From: Eukaryota sp. GEM-RC1
Lineage: Eukaryota
Assembly: GCA_040285855.1 (NCBI GenBank)
Contig: JAUFOQ010000013.1
Span: 1,426,001-1,490,000, forward strand
Length of the DNA stretch: 64,000 bases
Direction of reading: 5' to 3'
The notes under the pieces are model-generated. The model saw nothing but the letters and a program-made list of their open reading frames with translations. It was not told the origin of the DNA and searched no databases. Shown here piece after piece: positions 1 through 11,156 of the stretch (positions are counted from its first letter, which is position 1; each line of letters opens with the position of its first letter). The position numbers and the translations under genes are program-made.

Positions 1-2451
1 TTTATCAACACAAGCATTAAATTTCTCAGCAAAATCAATTCGGACATTTCGGGAGTTTAACTCGTGTAATAGATCAACAACCTTCCCTACAGCAGTGTCT
101 ATTCTGGATAGTTTCTGCTTGGGCAAAGGACGATCGGACCAAGAAGAAATGACTTGAATCAGCTTAGCAACTCCAGGACGGAAGTTGTCCAAAATATTGG
201 AAACGTCAACTGATTGCATTGCGTCCCTTGGTTTAGAGTAAGCCTCGACTACCTTCGACTGGCTAGGGGGTGATTGGACCGGGGTATGCATCATAGGGGG
301 CTGTACCTGGGTATGCATGGGGGTTTGTACCTGGGTGCGCATAGGGGGTTGCATTTGGGAGTGCATGGGAGGCATTTGGGGTTGAACGGGGGGCTGTACC
401 TGGGTGTGGAGGAGGGGTTGTACCTGGGGTTGCACAAGGGGTGGCGTGGCATGATGTTTAGGGGGAAGTGAAACTTCTTGTTTTCCTGGTACCTCATACC
501 CAAATCTCTTGAGAACTTCATAAACTTCATCAAAAACTGATCGAATAACGTCATCATTTTGAGCTGATGGCACAGCTAAGGACAACAGACAAATCCTGGC
601 CAAAAGAGGTGCCATGTTTGAACCATTATACCGTTCTCTCCAAGATCTGACCAAGAGATCATAACTCTCAGAAATGATTAGTAGCAAATCATGAACGTTA
701 GGTGAAAGAGTTTCTTCGAGATTCCGTGAAAGTAAAGAATTGGACAGATTAACAACATGTTCTTTCAATTCGGGTTCAGAAGCGAACTCTAGAAGGAATA
801 ACAGACAATATTGCCAATTTTCTTCATCCACAACTGACTCAATCACATCGAACTCCCTAGTCAAAAATGCTCTGAGAAAAACGTCATCAATCTCATCAGA
901 TCCGAGTTTTGATAGCAATCGTAGGTCGGGATTGAGACCATGGATATTCATGAAGAGGACACTTGCTTTCAATAGGAAACCGTTGTCAACTAGCAATTCA
1001 TAAGCAGACTCACGATCTCCTAATGCTAGAAATTTGATGAATTCCTGCTTGACTTCTAAGGAAATCTCAGTGGACAAATTCTCCTGTTCAATTTCCATCG
1101 ATTCAACAGATTTCACTGACAAATTCTCAAAGAAATCAGCATCGTCATCAATGGCCATCGGTGACGTATCTTCAGTCGTCTCAACTTCCTCTTCTGCGTC
1201 CTTTACAAATCCAAACACCTTAAGCAAAGCCTCTTTAGTACTAGACTTGGTTAATTCCTTTAAAAAGTCAGTAACAAGAGAATCACCGACTAATTGAGCC
1301 ACCTCATTAACGTTAGACTCCTTGAACAATCGTAGCAACGAGTCTAAGTCGGAAACTGATTGACTCGAAAGAGGAAGCCAGTGACGTGCGAATTGAGCTA
1401 CGGTACCTTGAACACTAACTGACATCGCGTCATCAAGTGCCACGTTGCAGTCTGATTGACCTCTATTACACGCAATCCAATCAGGAATCACAGTCATATT
1501 CTTAGCAGAGAGGCAAGCAGTCGTATAGAACTTAGACTCCGATCCAATAACAGCAGCTCCAGACAAACAAGGAGACAATGACAGAGAAGTGACACGTGTC
1601 GAGTCAGTGTTAGACTCCAAAGAGGCGGCCAATCCACAATCAGAAAGTGATTGCTGATTGGTGTAGAGTAGTCGCACGTTTCCACCAACGTCACCAGCGG
1701 CAATGAATCTATAGTCTTGAGGGAACCAAGCTACAGCAGAGACAGCATAGGGAAGTTCTTGGACGGCAATGGGGGCGGTACGGTTACGCATTGACCAGAG
1801 CTGGACGGAAGGAGAATCTCCAGCAAAGCCAACAGCCAGGAGGGTGGTGATTTCAGGAGACCAACAAAGAGTGGTGGGAGCGGAGGATCCGAGATCTAGC
1901 TTCATGATGATTTGGTTCTTACTGAGATCGAAGACGCATAAGAGATTCTTGTGTGATTGGGGATCAACACAAGCAAGTGCGGCGATTCGATTGACCTTGG
2001 GGTTTTGATTGAAAGAGATCGCAGTGCAGGTACCGGGAATGGTGACTTCAGTGGGTGTTGTTTCCATTGACGATGTTTTAGAGAGGTCCCATATAGAGAG
2101 AATGTTTTGGTCTACTGAGATGGCACGACCTCCTTCATATGGAGTAATAGCGACGACTGATTCCGATCTAAGAGAAGGAGTGCTAAAGAAGGGTTCCACG
2201 TTTTCAGCGAGAAGATCTGAGAGTTTGAAGAACACAAGATCGCCATTATGAAGACAACCACCGATGAAACAGTCGTCATCGCAGGGAGCCGATACAGTAA
2301 AGGAGGCAAAGTGAGAATCAAGTGCTACTTGAACGATGATATTAGAAGTTCTTACATCTTCAATTTTTATATAAGCTTCCTGTGAAAAGTCGTCCATGAC
2401 AGAACATGAAGCGACAAGATGTCCATCCTCAAGAGGTATCCAATATGCCAT
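1..2451 (-). CDS. SEC31: Sec31-like COPII outer coat protein (WD40 + alpha-solenoid + Pro/Gln-rich region), 3' end runs off the window
   Basis: Absent from the ORF track because there is no stop in the window. Manual translation from ATG 2451 appears open to position 1 (817 codons; not every codon checked): WD40 motifs (LSIWDLSK, LCWSPEITTLLAVG..SPSVQLWSMRN, VAWFPQD), IPDW after the propeller, acidic DDADFFENL, FLALGDRESAYELL, then a PQVQP/MHTQVQPP repeat at ~270-470. Confidence 0.65.
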   Translation of the reverse strand, partial: MAYWIPLEDGHLVASCSVMDDFSQEAYIKIEDVRTSNIIVQVALDSHFASFTVSAPCDDDCFIGGCLHNGDLVFFKLSDLLAENVEPFFSTPSLRSESVVAITPYEGGRAISVDQNILSIWDLSKTSSMETTPTEVTIPGTCTAISFNQNPKVNRIAALACVDPQSHKNLLCVFDLSKNQIIMKLDLGSSAPTTLCWSPEITTLLAVGFAGDSPSVQLWSMRNRTAPIAVQELPYAVSAVAWFPQDYRFIAAGDVGGNVRLLYTNQQSLSDCGLAASLESNTDSTRVTSLSLSPCLSGAAVIGSESKFYTTACLSAKNMTVIPDWIACNRGQSDCNVALDDAMSVSVQGTVAQFARHWLPLSSQSVSDLDSLLRLFKESNVNEVAQLVGDSLVTDFLKELTKSSTKEALLKVFGFVKDAEEEVETTEDTSPMAIDDDADFFENLSVKSVESMEIEQENLSTEISLEVKQEFIKFLALGDRESAYELLVDNGFLLKASVLFMNIHGLNPDLRLLSKLGSDEIDDVFLRAFLTREFDVIESVVDEENWQYCLLFLLEFASEPELKEHVVNLSNSLLSRNLEETLSPNVHDLLLIISESYDLLVRSWRERYNGSNMAPLLARICLLSLAVPSAQNDDVIRSVFDEVYEVLKRFGYEVPGKQEVSLPPKHHATPPLVQPQVQPLLHTQVQPPVQPQMPPMHSQMQPPMRTQVQTPMHTQVQPPMMHTPVQSPPSQSKVVEAYSKPRDAMQSVDVSNILDNFRPGVAKLIQVISSWSDRPLPKQKLSRIDTAVGKVVDLLHELNSRNVRIDFAEKFNACVDK

Positions 2452-3377
2452 GATAGAAGTTGGTTTGAATTAATTTGGATTTCACTTCAACAAAGGTCCC
2501 AGATCGACCTCATACTTATCGATACATCGTGAACTACTTAGGTCCCCAACTGACGTCAGTGAGAACCATTTTCCTGCGTTTTATCATCAGTAGGTATTGT
2601 GGCAGTTATTTATTATTTAACTTGTTGATTTCAGCCACTATTTATGGTACAATCTACCCTCTATATATAGTGACAGCCGCAGGTATTGTTACTATTCAAA
2701 AGGTAGACTGTACAAGGTATCCGCGTTCACAAATAAAGCAAAAGAAGAAAAATGTTCATATACATCCGGATGACTATAGTCACTGTTCTAGTTTTATTAA
2801 ATTTATATTAATTAAACATTGCAACGTTTATTTTTAAACAGAAAGACTTATGCATATTTTCTTCATAATCAACAGCATTGTAAACTCTGTCATTGATTGA
2901 CGAAGCTCATGTGGTTTAGAAAATATTGTTAAGTTTCTGTTATTAGATTGAGTCAGCCCCGATTTTTCTATTATGTTACTAAATTTAAATATTAGCTAGT
3001 ATTTGTTTGCACTGTGTCGAACATGGCAAAACATTATGATATTAGTCTCAATTAGAAATGGTTTTAGTATTATCCGTCAAAAGAGTTAAACTACAGTGTA
3101 TTATGTAATTAAGGTCTGCCAGACACGCACTAAATCTAGGGTGCAAACCTACATCTAAATGAAGAGGTAACATTGGTCGTGTTCAATTTTTAGGGTAAAT
3201 TCTACCAGCATCAACAATGTAACGGGAAAATTAAAATCCTGTAAAAGTACAAACCTGCATGATTGTTACTTCATTTTCAAAAAGATCTAAAACCAAAATA
3301 AAACACAACCAGAAAAAACACTAAAAACACTAAAATCGAGAATTAAATAATCTTTAATAAAATTCAAAAGACCATCT

Positions 3378-4556
3378 TTAAACCCTTGGTCTCTTAATCT
3401 CCCCACTCGGCCTTTTCCTAGTCTTTCTCTTACTCTCCTGCAGATCGTTCTTTACTACACCAATAGCAATGTCCAAAAACTCTGATGAAACCCCGCTAGA
3501 TTCTTCCCTTTGAGCAGTTGGAGATGGTTGGAGATCAAATGGTTTGTGAATGTAATCCCAAACGTCCTCTCCTTGATAGATAGATCCACCAGCCATTAAT
3601 TCATTCACTTTAGCTTTGATGGTGGTTATGAATTTAGTTAGTTGAGGGCGAGGGTACGGATCTAAATTGAAGGAAACAAGAGAACAAGCAAGTGAAGGTA
3701 CTAAGAGTCTGACTCGTTCAAATGTCTGAGCCAATGTAAACCAATGCGTAGGAGTTGAAGGTGAAGTACGGATGGCTTCAAGAAGGTGAGAAAAGGCAGT
3801 AGGAATGATGCGCTCCGGTGGTTGTTCTTTGGAACTGCGCACGAGAGGAAGGGAGAAGAGACGCCTTGTTTCTAGTTTATTAGCGTTAATGTCAGTCCAA
3901 TGAGGATGAGGGGATATGAATTGAGAGGAGATGATTGAGAAGGGATCAACAGAACCACGGATCATGAGTGTGTCTAATAGATGAGGATCGTCTGGACAAA
4001 CTTGAGGCCATGGGTCTAGAGGAGAGGTGGTTGGTGTGGAAGTGGTCCCCGGTTTGAGAAGGAAGTCTGAGTAGATGCCTAGGTTTTCTTTGAACCCAGA
4101 TAAAAGAAGCGCACGTACAGGAAGGTATGAAGGTCGAAAGGAGACAGATACATTGCCGTTAAGAGTGGATATAGATTTAACAACGGCTACCACAGGGGTT
4201 TCCAGTGATGATATCACAATGTCCTTAAGCTCATCTGCGTAAAGGTAAGCGTAAATAGAGAAGTTCTCGACATTGTAGAGAGTGGCACATTGAGCATAAT
4301 CAGCTTTAGTGTGGAAAAGATCAATTGCTGGACACGTTATGACAAGTCTAATAGAATCTGAAACACCAGGTCGTTCAATAGTTGTGTAAAAGCTTTTTAT
4401 TTTGATCATGTAGAGATAGGAAGTGATACGGCAGACGGAGCCTTGAACCACAGAGCCAGGAAGTAGCTCATTGATGATGTCAGAAGATATTGTTGAGGGG
4501 GAACTTATAAAAGGTTTTACGGCGTCTAGAGGGAGGTGATCAAGGTCAATAGGCAT
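3378..4556 (-). CDS. S1-like OB-fold + TPR-like protein, TTC14-like
   Basis: 392-aa ORF. LLPGSVVQGSVCRI...VAVVKSIS..NGNVSVSFRPSYLP...LSG...LGIYS resembles the TTC14 S1 domain. TPR-like helix pair (EAIRTSPSTPTHWFTLAQTFE) and basic tail. Confidence 0.5.
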   Translation of the reverse strand: MPIDLDHLPLDAVKPFISSPSTISSDIINELLPGSVVQGSVCRITSYLYMIKIKSFYTTIERPGVSDSIRLVITCPAIDLFHTKADYAQCATLYNVENFSIYAYLYADELKDIVISSLETPVVAVVKSISTLNGNVSVSFRPSYLPVRALLLSGFKENLGIYSDFLLKPGTTSTPTTSPLDPWPQVCPDDPHLLDTLMIRGSVDPFSIISSQFISPHPHWTDINANKLETRRLFSLPLVRSSKEQPPERIIPTAFSHLLEAIRTSPSTPTHWFTLAQTFERVRLLVPSLACSLVSFNLDPYPRPQLTKFITTIKAKVNELMAGGSIYQGEDVWDYIHKPFDLQPSPTAQREESSGVSSEFLDIAIGVVKNDLQESKRKTRKRPSGEIKRPRV

Positions 4557-4889
4557 GTCAGTGCATGAGTCTTTTAAGCAAAGTATGTGTCTGCTCTTGA
4601 AATTTTCTCGATAGAATTCTCTTGGCTGTCACCACTCCGTGTCCAATCGGCTGTATTTCGTTATACAATCGTGGTACTTCCTTGATTCTGTCAATCCTGT
4701 AAAGAAGAATTACCAATTCATAATAAAAGAGTGAAATGCCCCTATTTAACATCAGTGATATTTATTTACCTTATTTTGATAATATCTCTTTTATGTATCC
4801 AAAAAGCCCGTTCTGGTTTATATAAACATATTGGAAAAAAAGACACGCAATCAGACACTGATAAGGTTGAGACATGGGATTTAAAGTCC

Positions 4890-5366
4890 TCACATAGTTA
4901 AGATATTGTTCATGTTTCCATGTTCATCTGTAGTTGTGTCATATTTGCCAAGAAACCATTGCTTACCATCAGTGAACTTGAATTGATGGCGTTCACCTGT
5001 GGGAATGTTGAGTACAAGCCTATGGCAGTGATCATGATCATCGTATAACATTTCTATTAGATTCCAAGCTGAGAATGAACCCGCTAGATGTATGGGACTA
5101 CTATTTGGAGTGTAGAACTGGAACGAATAAGGCAAGACTTGAACTGGTAGCGAAGGCGGATGTGACGAGAGTTGTGGCTCTTCAACTTGATGTTGTTGAA
5201 AGGACTGAATATGTGACTCATCAACCATTGATTCTGTTGAACCAAAGCACCAGACACAATGATCAACTTTGTTGACTTGCAGGCAACATTGTGTAAATGA
5301 ATGTTTGCAATCGAAGGTTTTTAGTTCTGTTGGGCCGTGCAAAGGACAATAGGTTTGAGAAGACAT
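4890..5366 (-). CDS. Small Cys-rich protein with C-terminal CBM48 (AMPK-beta-type glycogen-binding) domain
   Basis: HLAGSFSAWN...RLVLNIPTGERHQFKFTDGKQW...DEHGNMNNIL matches the AMPK1_CBM/CBM48 signature. N-terminal Cys/His cluster. Confidence 0.8.
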   Translation of the reverse strand: MSSQTYCPLHGPTELKTFDCKHSFTQCCLQVNKVDHCVWCFGSTESMVDESHIQSFQQHQVEEPQLSSHPPSLPVQVLPYSFQFYTPNSSPIHLAGSFSAWNLIEMLYDDHDHCHRLVLNIPTGERHQFKFTDGKQWFLGKYDTTTDEHGNMNNILTM

Positions 5367-5723
5367 GATTTGGAAAAATTAAAATAATATTTGTAACAGA
5401 CACTGTGATGTCAACTCAACAAAAATTTCAAAAAGCTACACAGAAACAGAGAAGTTTCTAGGGAGAATTAGTTGATAAACAAGATCGTATCTATATATAA
5501 ATACTGCGTTAATAAGTGTAGCGCAGAACAGAATGACTGCTCTTTGAAACCAAATGTCACACTCACTCTTTCTGTAACAACCAACGATGATGAAGACGTC
5601 AAGATCGGTTCAAGTTCCAGGAAAAGTCAATTTGGTACTGAATTGGATACTAGTAATCAATTCTTTTGAAAGTGTAAAAATAGCCATCCCTGCACTTCCT
5701 CATCATCTTTTGCTTTACTTTCA

Positions 5724-7015
5724 ATGAGTCTAAGGGACTACAAAATCGTCCGCTTCATTGGCAAAGGTAGTTTTGGTCATGTTTATCGTGCAATCAGACA
5801 TGCCGACGGTAAAGAATATGCTATCAAAGAAATCGACATTCAAAGCATGAGTCAGCGTGAAAAGAAGAAGCCGTCAATGAGATTCGTATCCTTGCTAGTG
5901 TCTCACATCCCAATGTCATCCGATACAAGCATGCCTTCATTGAAAATGACAAACTAAACATCATCACCGACTATGCCCGCAGTGGCGACCTTCTTGCTCT
6001 TATCAAGAAACACAAATCTAGAAGACAGTACTTCCAAGAAGACTTGGTCTGGTCCTTCTTCATCCAAATCTGCCTCGGTCTTCGTTCCCTTCACGACCGT
6101 AACATCCTACATCGAGACTTAAAATCTGCAAACATCTTCCTTCATTCTGAAGCCATCGTCAAGATAGGCGATCTAGGTGTTGCCAAGCTACTGAAAGCCG
6201 ACGACGCCTTAGCTAAAACCTCAATAGGAACCCCATACTACCTATCCCCTGAGATTTGGAGAAACCGTCCCTACAACTCTAAATCTGACATTTGGTCCCT
6301 CGGTTGCCTCCTCTACGAGATCATTTCATTCCGCCACCCCTTCGTTGCCAATGATATCCGATCCCTTTCAAATAGAGTACTATCTGGTAAGTACGATCCC
6401 CTTCCTCCTAGATACTCTAAAGACATTAGAGAACTGGTCTCTCGAATGCTGGTAGTGGATGCCAGCAAGAGACCCACTCTAGATGAGATTCTGCAGTTGC
6501 CTTCGATACAGCTTCGGATGAGTCTGTTGCCGAAGGAGCTGGTTGAGTCCAAATCTCCCCCAACAGCTGTAGTACCAACTATAAAGGTTCCTAGGAATCT
6601 AAGAGCACAGAAGATCAAACTGCCAGCAGCGCAGTTCGTGGCAAAGACGCCGCTGAGGCTGCCGGAGCTATCACCGAGCTTCTCAGATAACAGTATATCT
6701 CCAGAAAAGAAAGTGTCGTTTGAATCGCATGATAAGGAGAATCCTCATCCGAATCTTCCTCTATATCCTCCACGATCAGGACGAGACAATAGACCTGTAC
6801 CAAAGAAACCTCTACCTGTGCTGAATACCAGCCCAGGGAGAATGGAACGGATAGAAAGAATACGGAGGTTGGGAGTGCATCGCCCTTCATATCATCATCA
6901 GTATGGAGGAGGTGTTGCAGGTGCTTTAGGACAGTATAAAACACCTGCGAGACTGCATCGTCCAAAGATTTTCCCTAATGATTATGTGCAGAAACATCGA
7001 GGTGTTAAGATTTAA
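5724..7015 (+). CDS. NIMA-related (NEK) Ser/Thr kinase; apparent 1-nt frameshift in A-run at ~5860-5863
   Basis: GKGSFG, AIKEI, (EKEEAVNEIRILAS after restoring one A), HRDLKSANIF, GDLGVAK, GTPYYLSPE, SDIWSLGC. Confidence 0.88.
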
Positions 7016-7098
7016 AAATTGTATTATATTTTTTGTTATTTAAAACGTGGAAGCGAGCAAATCAAATAAAAATATTTATTCATGTGAATTATTTTTAT

Positions 7099-7698
7099 TT
7101 AATGGGATGAACGAATTGTTATTCGTTTCAGCCGGTTTGAACCAGAAGAAGTTCTTTTCAACTTTAGTGGCAGAGGTTTAGGGTTTATCAATGTCTCTAA
7201 CCGTTGGACTAAAGGTTGGTGATTCTTAAAAGATTCAAATTTATGTATGAGACTTAGAGTCTCTGTGGAAAGGTTCATTACTAGAGGTTTCGGGGTAGTG
7301 AATAAAGGAACTGTGTGTACTGTTTGAGGTTGTGGAGGCGGTGGTTTGGACTTTGTTGTTCCTTTTGGTTTGGATTTCTTGTGTGTTTTAAGAGAAGAAG
7401 ATTTTCGTGGAGTGTGTGATTTGTGGTTTGATTCAGAGTAGTCATCGATAGCAGGCGATCCGTTTGGTTGTGATGAAGTAGGATTTGAACACTTTACTAT
7501 AGAAGAAGTTACAGGATTCTTGAGATAGTAGTCTTTGTAAGAAGTACAGAGAGATACATGTGAAGAGTAAGCAGATTGAAGAATTAAACGTCGGCACTTA
7601 AGACATTGAACAATACTAGATGAATGACTAGCAGATGAAGGATTGATGACTGAGTACAGTCCCAGTTCTTGGAACAAAGACTCCCAAGTTTGAGGCAT
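7099..7698 (-). CDS. Ataxin-7/Sgf73-like N-terminal zinc-finger protein (possible SAGA DUB-module subunit)
   Basis: W-x-x-L...LGLY...IVQCLKCRRLILQSAYSSHVSLC is a C-x2-C...H-x3-C finger like the Sgf73/ATXN7 N-terminus, followed by a Lys/Pro/Ser-rich disordered tail. Confidence 0.45.
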   Translation of the reverse strand: MPQTWESLFQELGLYSVINPSSASHSSSIVQCLKCRRLILQSAYSSHVSLCTSYKDYYLKNPVTSSIVKCSNPTSSQPNGSPAIDDYSESNHKSHTPRKSSSLKTHKKSKPKGTTKSKPPPPQPQTVHTVPLFTTPKPLVMNLSTETLSLIHKFESFKNHQPLVQRLETLINPKPLPLKLKRTSSGSNRLKRITIRSSH

Positions 7699-8291
7699 AA
7701 TAAAGGGAGTAATTCTACAATTGAAAATCATCTACTATACAATGTAGAAGAACAAGAACTGAAGATCGTTGATCCATAAGCTCAAAGAAGACATGTCAAC
7801 AGCTTTACCTCACGAGGTTTATCACCACTCCGAAACAGCCGAAAAACGCAAACACAGAATTGTATGTTGATATCTTGTCTTGTTGGTTTTTTCTATAAAC
7901 TGTATTCTATATTATGTAACTTACATTGCACTGATATTTCTATATACCGTCCAAGGTCCTTTGGTACAATAGAATTTAAAATTTCAACTACGTGTACACC
8001 GGTTTAATTGTTTTAATGCTTTTTTTTAATGCTTGAAAATATAAGGGACGGTACTTTTATAAGGGGAGAGAATAATCTAGGGAAATAAATGCTACAGTTC
8101 ACTACATGTATTAGAACACGTGTTAACACTTGCTGTGCTAACAGTTGTTATTCAAAAGTCTTTATTTACAAATTACAGAACGAACAATATGATGTTGTGC
8201 ACAACTGCGGTTATTCCACCGTTGAATCTACTTCCAGACTGCCCAATACTATCTAAACTGCAAACATACTTTTATATCAATCAAAACAGAA

Positions 8292-9830
8292 TTATGCACA
8301 AATAGGTAAATCGAAGCAATCACAACATATCCAAGTGAAGAACATCAGTACGACGGTAATCCTGGATGAGTGACTTGTCAAAACGTTGACAAATTTGTCA
8401 ACACGGGTAGCAAATTCAAAAGGGTTGATGTACACATCATTACCAAGAACAACACCATTGCTGTCTTTAATACGTTGCATTGCGGTAGAAATTCCAGTGT
8501 TTTCATATATGTATTCCTTGATGTGAGCAATCGTTCTTCCAAATTCGCCAATTTCTAACCGAATTCTTTCCCCATCGTGAGTGAACACAGTAAGTCGTTC
8601 TGTGTTAAACATTGGAAGCATAACGTGTATTGTAGAGTTTTCCACAACGCCAATCTCCTGGACACTGATATGATCTTCCAACAGATTTCCATTGAAAAAC
8701 AATGATTGTGTATCAGCAGGAATGCCTATACTTTGCTGAATCATCTCCTTAACAACGTCTATGGTCTGCAAGGGCAGTAGCTGCAGTACAATGATTCTAC
8801 CAGTTAGAAACCTGAAGGAAATCGTAATCTGTGCATTTTGATTGGGTTGATGAATTAGCTCAGCCGATTGATTTAGTTGGTTCAACTCTCTTATTACATC
8901 ATTAACAGAAGGTCTGTCCCTTGTATTAACTGAAATACACTTGTTGATCAAAGCTGAAATTGGTCGAGGAAAACCATCGGGGAAACTAAATGAATGCTGA
9001 CTCTGTTTAGCCACAACTACTTGAAGAACACCCATGTGTTTAAAGGCAAGTCTATTGGCAAACATTTCGTAAAACAATATTCCCAGACTGTATACATCAA
9101 ATGCCGTGCCATAAATCTTATTAAATGCTTCTGGAGGTGTGTATTTGGGAGTCACTTGCAATGTGGAAGTGTAGTTATCAACAGTTCGAGAAGAACCAAA
9201 ATCGGCCAATTTCACTTGAGAATTCACCAAAATGACATTCTGAGGTTTAATGTCATGGTGAACTAAGCTCTTTGAATGTAGATGCTGGACAGCAGTGCAT
9301 ATGTCAATGGCTTGTGAAAGAGTGGTGGGGGAAAGAGACGTTGGAACTTGCAAATGTCCAGAACCAAGTTCCATCAAGATACCAATATGTCTTGGAAGTC
9401 TAGTTATACCAAACACTCGAAGGACAAAAGGATGAGACAGGGAAGTCATATGAGACACTTCTTGCAAGAGTTTTGCTTCGTTCTGATCGGTTTTCCGAAC
9501 TAGTTTAAGAGCAACAGAGGAGCCAGCCCAATCACAGGGATAAACAGTTGCAGCTATACCATTTCCCAACTCATCATTGAAGTCAAAGCTGATGTCATTC
9601 GATGAAATTTCAGGCACAGAGGCAGGATTTATTACAAAAGATTCCACAGCCTCACGGAGAGAGTCACAGGGAACAACATCGTTCAGAGAGGTCTCACTGC
9701 GACAATTGGGACAACTGCGGTTTTGGCTGAGCCACTCTGATATACACGCGAGACAGAAGCAATGGCCACATTGCAGTGAACAAGCATCTTTAAAGATTGA
9801 GTTACAAATCGAGCAATCCAAGTGAAGCAT
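8292..9830 (-). CDS. RING(C3HC4)-protein kinase-Ubl-Ubl fusion (family copy A, catalytic motifs intact)
   Basis: CSIC..CGHCFCLAC..CPNCR; GNGIAATV, VALK, HHDIKPQN, DFG, PPE; ubiquitin-like FLTGRIIVL..TIDVVKEMIQQSIGIPADTQSLFFNG..STIHV, then a second divergent Ubl. Confidence 0.9.
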   Translation of the reverse strand: MLHLDCSICNSIFKDACSLQCGHCFCLACISEWLSQNRSCPNCRSETSLNDVVPCDSLREAVESFVINPASVPEISSNDISFDFNDELGNGIAATVYPCDWAGSSVALKLVRKTDQNEAKLLQEVSHMTSLSHPFVLRVFGITRLPRHIGILMELGSGHLQVPTSLSPTTLSQAIDICTAVQHLHSKSLVHHDIKPQNVILVNSQVKLADFGSSRTVDNYTSTLQVTPKYTPPEAFNKIYGTAFDVYSLGILFYEMFANRLAFKHMGVLQVVVAKQSQHSFSFPDGFPRPISALINKCISVNTRDRPSVNDVIRELNQLNQSAELIHQPNQNAQITISFRFLTGRIIVLQLLPLQTIDVVKEMIQQSIGIPADTQSLFFNGNLLEDHISVQEIGVVENSTIHVMLPMFNTERLTVFTHDGERIRLEIGEFGRTIAHIKEYIYENTGISTAMQRIKDSNGVVLGNDVYINPFEFATRVDKFVNVLTSHSSRITVVLMFFTWICCDCFDLPICA

Positions 9831-11156
9831 TGGATTGAATGAATATTGAATATAGTGAATGAGAATTTAAATTTCAATCTTTCAACTCTTTGACATCTGT
9901 ATTGATCGGTAATGTGTAGCTGTAACTGACACAGGATACTCTTAATCTCTGACAGGATCTCCGGTTTACAACTTCTAAATACTACAAAAAGGCCTAACGA
10001 CTCGCATAGATCCTAAATAGAACAGTAACTGGTATTCGATGTGGTTTACCTCCTACAGGAACAAACAATGCGACCTGCAGTACGTCAATTTATTATCTCT
10101 GTAGAATATTGCAAATATTGCAATATATTTATTGTAATGGGTAACAATATCAATATATTTTTTGCAATGTTCGCAAACCACAATATATTTTTTGTAATAT
10201 TGAAAAAGTACAATATATTTCGTAGGTGTCCCAATACAAGCAAGGTTCCACTACAATCAAGTGGAACTGTTTGCTTGTATTGTTCTATTGCATTCTGGAT
10301 GTTGAGCGAGTTATACTTCAATACAAAGTTAATTACAATGAATTACAACGTATGGAGCTGTGGAGGAACTTCATAGTGTCCACGTCGGTGATTACATGTT
10401 GTTGTGGATTTTTGCCAGAACTCGATGGAGCTATTGTATTGTTTGACATTTATAAAATCAGAAGCAAAAAGGCGTATCAAAATCCAATTTATGAAACAAT
10501 AGGCAATAGAATCCCTGTCAATAGAACTATGCTCCTATACAGACAAATACTGTGGATTTGTAGAACAAATTGAAGTACTGTTATAAAGCATGTGGCACAA
10601 TACACGTGTATTGTTATAAATTTTGCTTTATTGAGTAATTCAAGTTAATAGATGAAGGGTACAAAATACATATTATAATAAAAGCTATGAAACACTAGAC
10701 ACAGAAAATTCCTGGTCAACAGTACCACAGTTCTTATACATCTTTGTGAAAGTTGATTAAAAAAACTTAGGCATCGAACGGACCACAGTAAAAATCAAAC
10801 GGTTATGAAATTGAAAAGTTAACTCACTTATTCTGAGACTTACACATAGATCCAAAATCTGTTAAATTTAAATCAGTTGATATTGCAATATATTTTTCGG
10901 CATCCCTGCATTATTTGGTGAAGATGTTTTAATTGAAGTGTCCGTAGGGTCCATTAACTTATCAAAGGAATTTGACGGTGTTGATCTTTTCTTATTTGAA
11001 TGTTTATTGTTCCATTGGAAATCCACTTGCAAGACCTATATTTGTCCCGATTTAAGCGTGTGGAAGGGGAAACTTTGCTGTCGGATCTGCTACTTACTTG
11101 ATCTAGTACTTATTTTGTTATTGCAAATACTTCATCTCTCAAAAACTGCCAGGGGC

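Noticed and set aside
274..471. Gly/His-rich repetitive + strand ORF (GLYLGMHG)
   Set aside because: Antisense shadow of the Pro/Gln repeat in the Sec31-like gene.
4558..4752. 64-aa ORF ending 1 nt before the TTC14-like ATG
   Set aside because: No recognisable motifs; could be a chance ORF or a frameshifted N-terminal extension.
5445..5470. ACAGAGAAG box resembling U6 snRNA
   Set aside because: No AGC triad or ISL downstream; lies in a divergent intergenic region.
10080..10910. CAATATATTT repeats, CAATACAAGC motifs (also ~23030-23140) and a CATCCCTG end
   Set aside because: Probably further DNA-transposon debris, but I could not pair termini or find a TSD.
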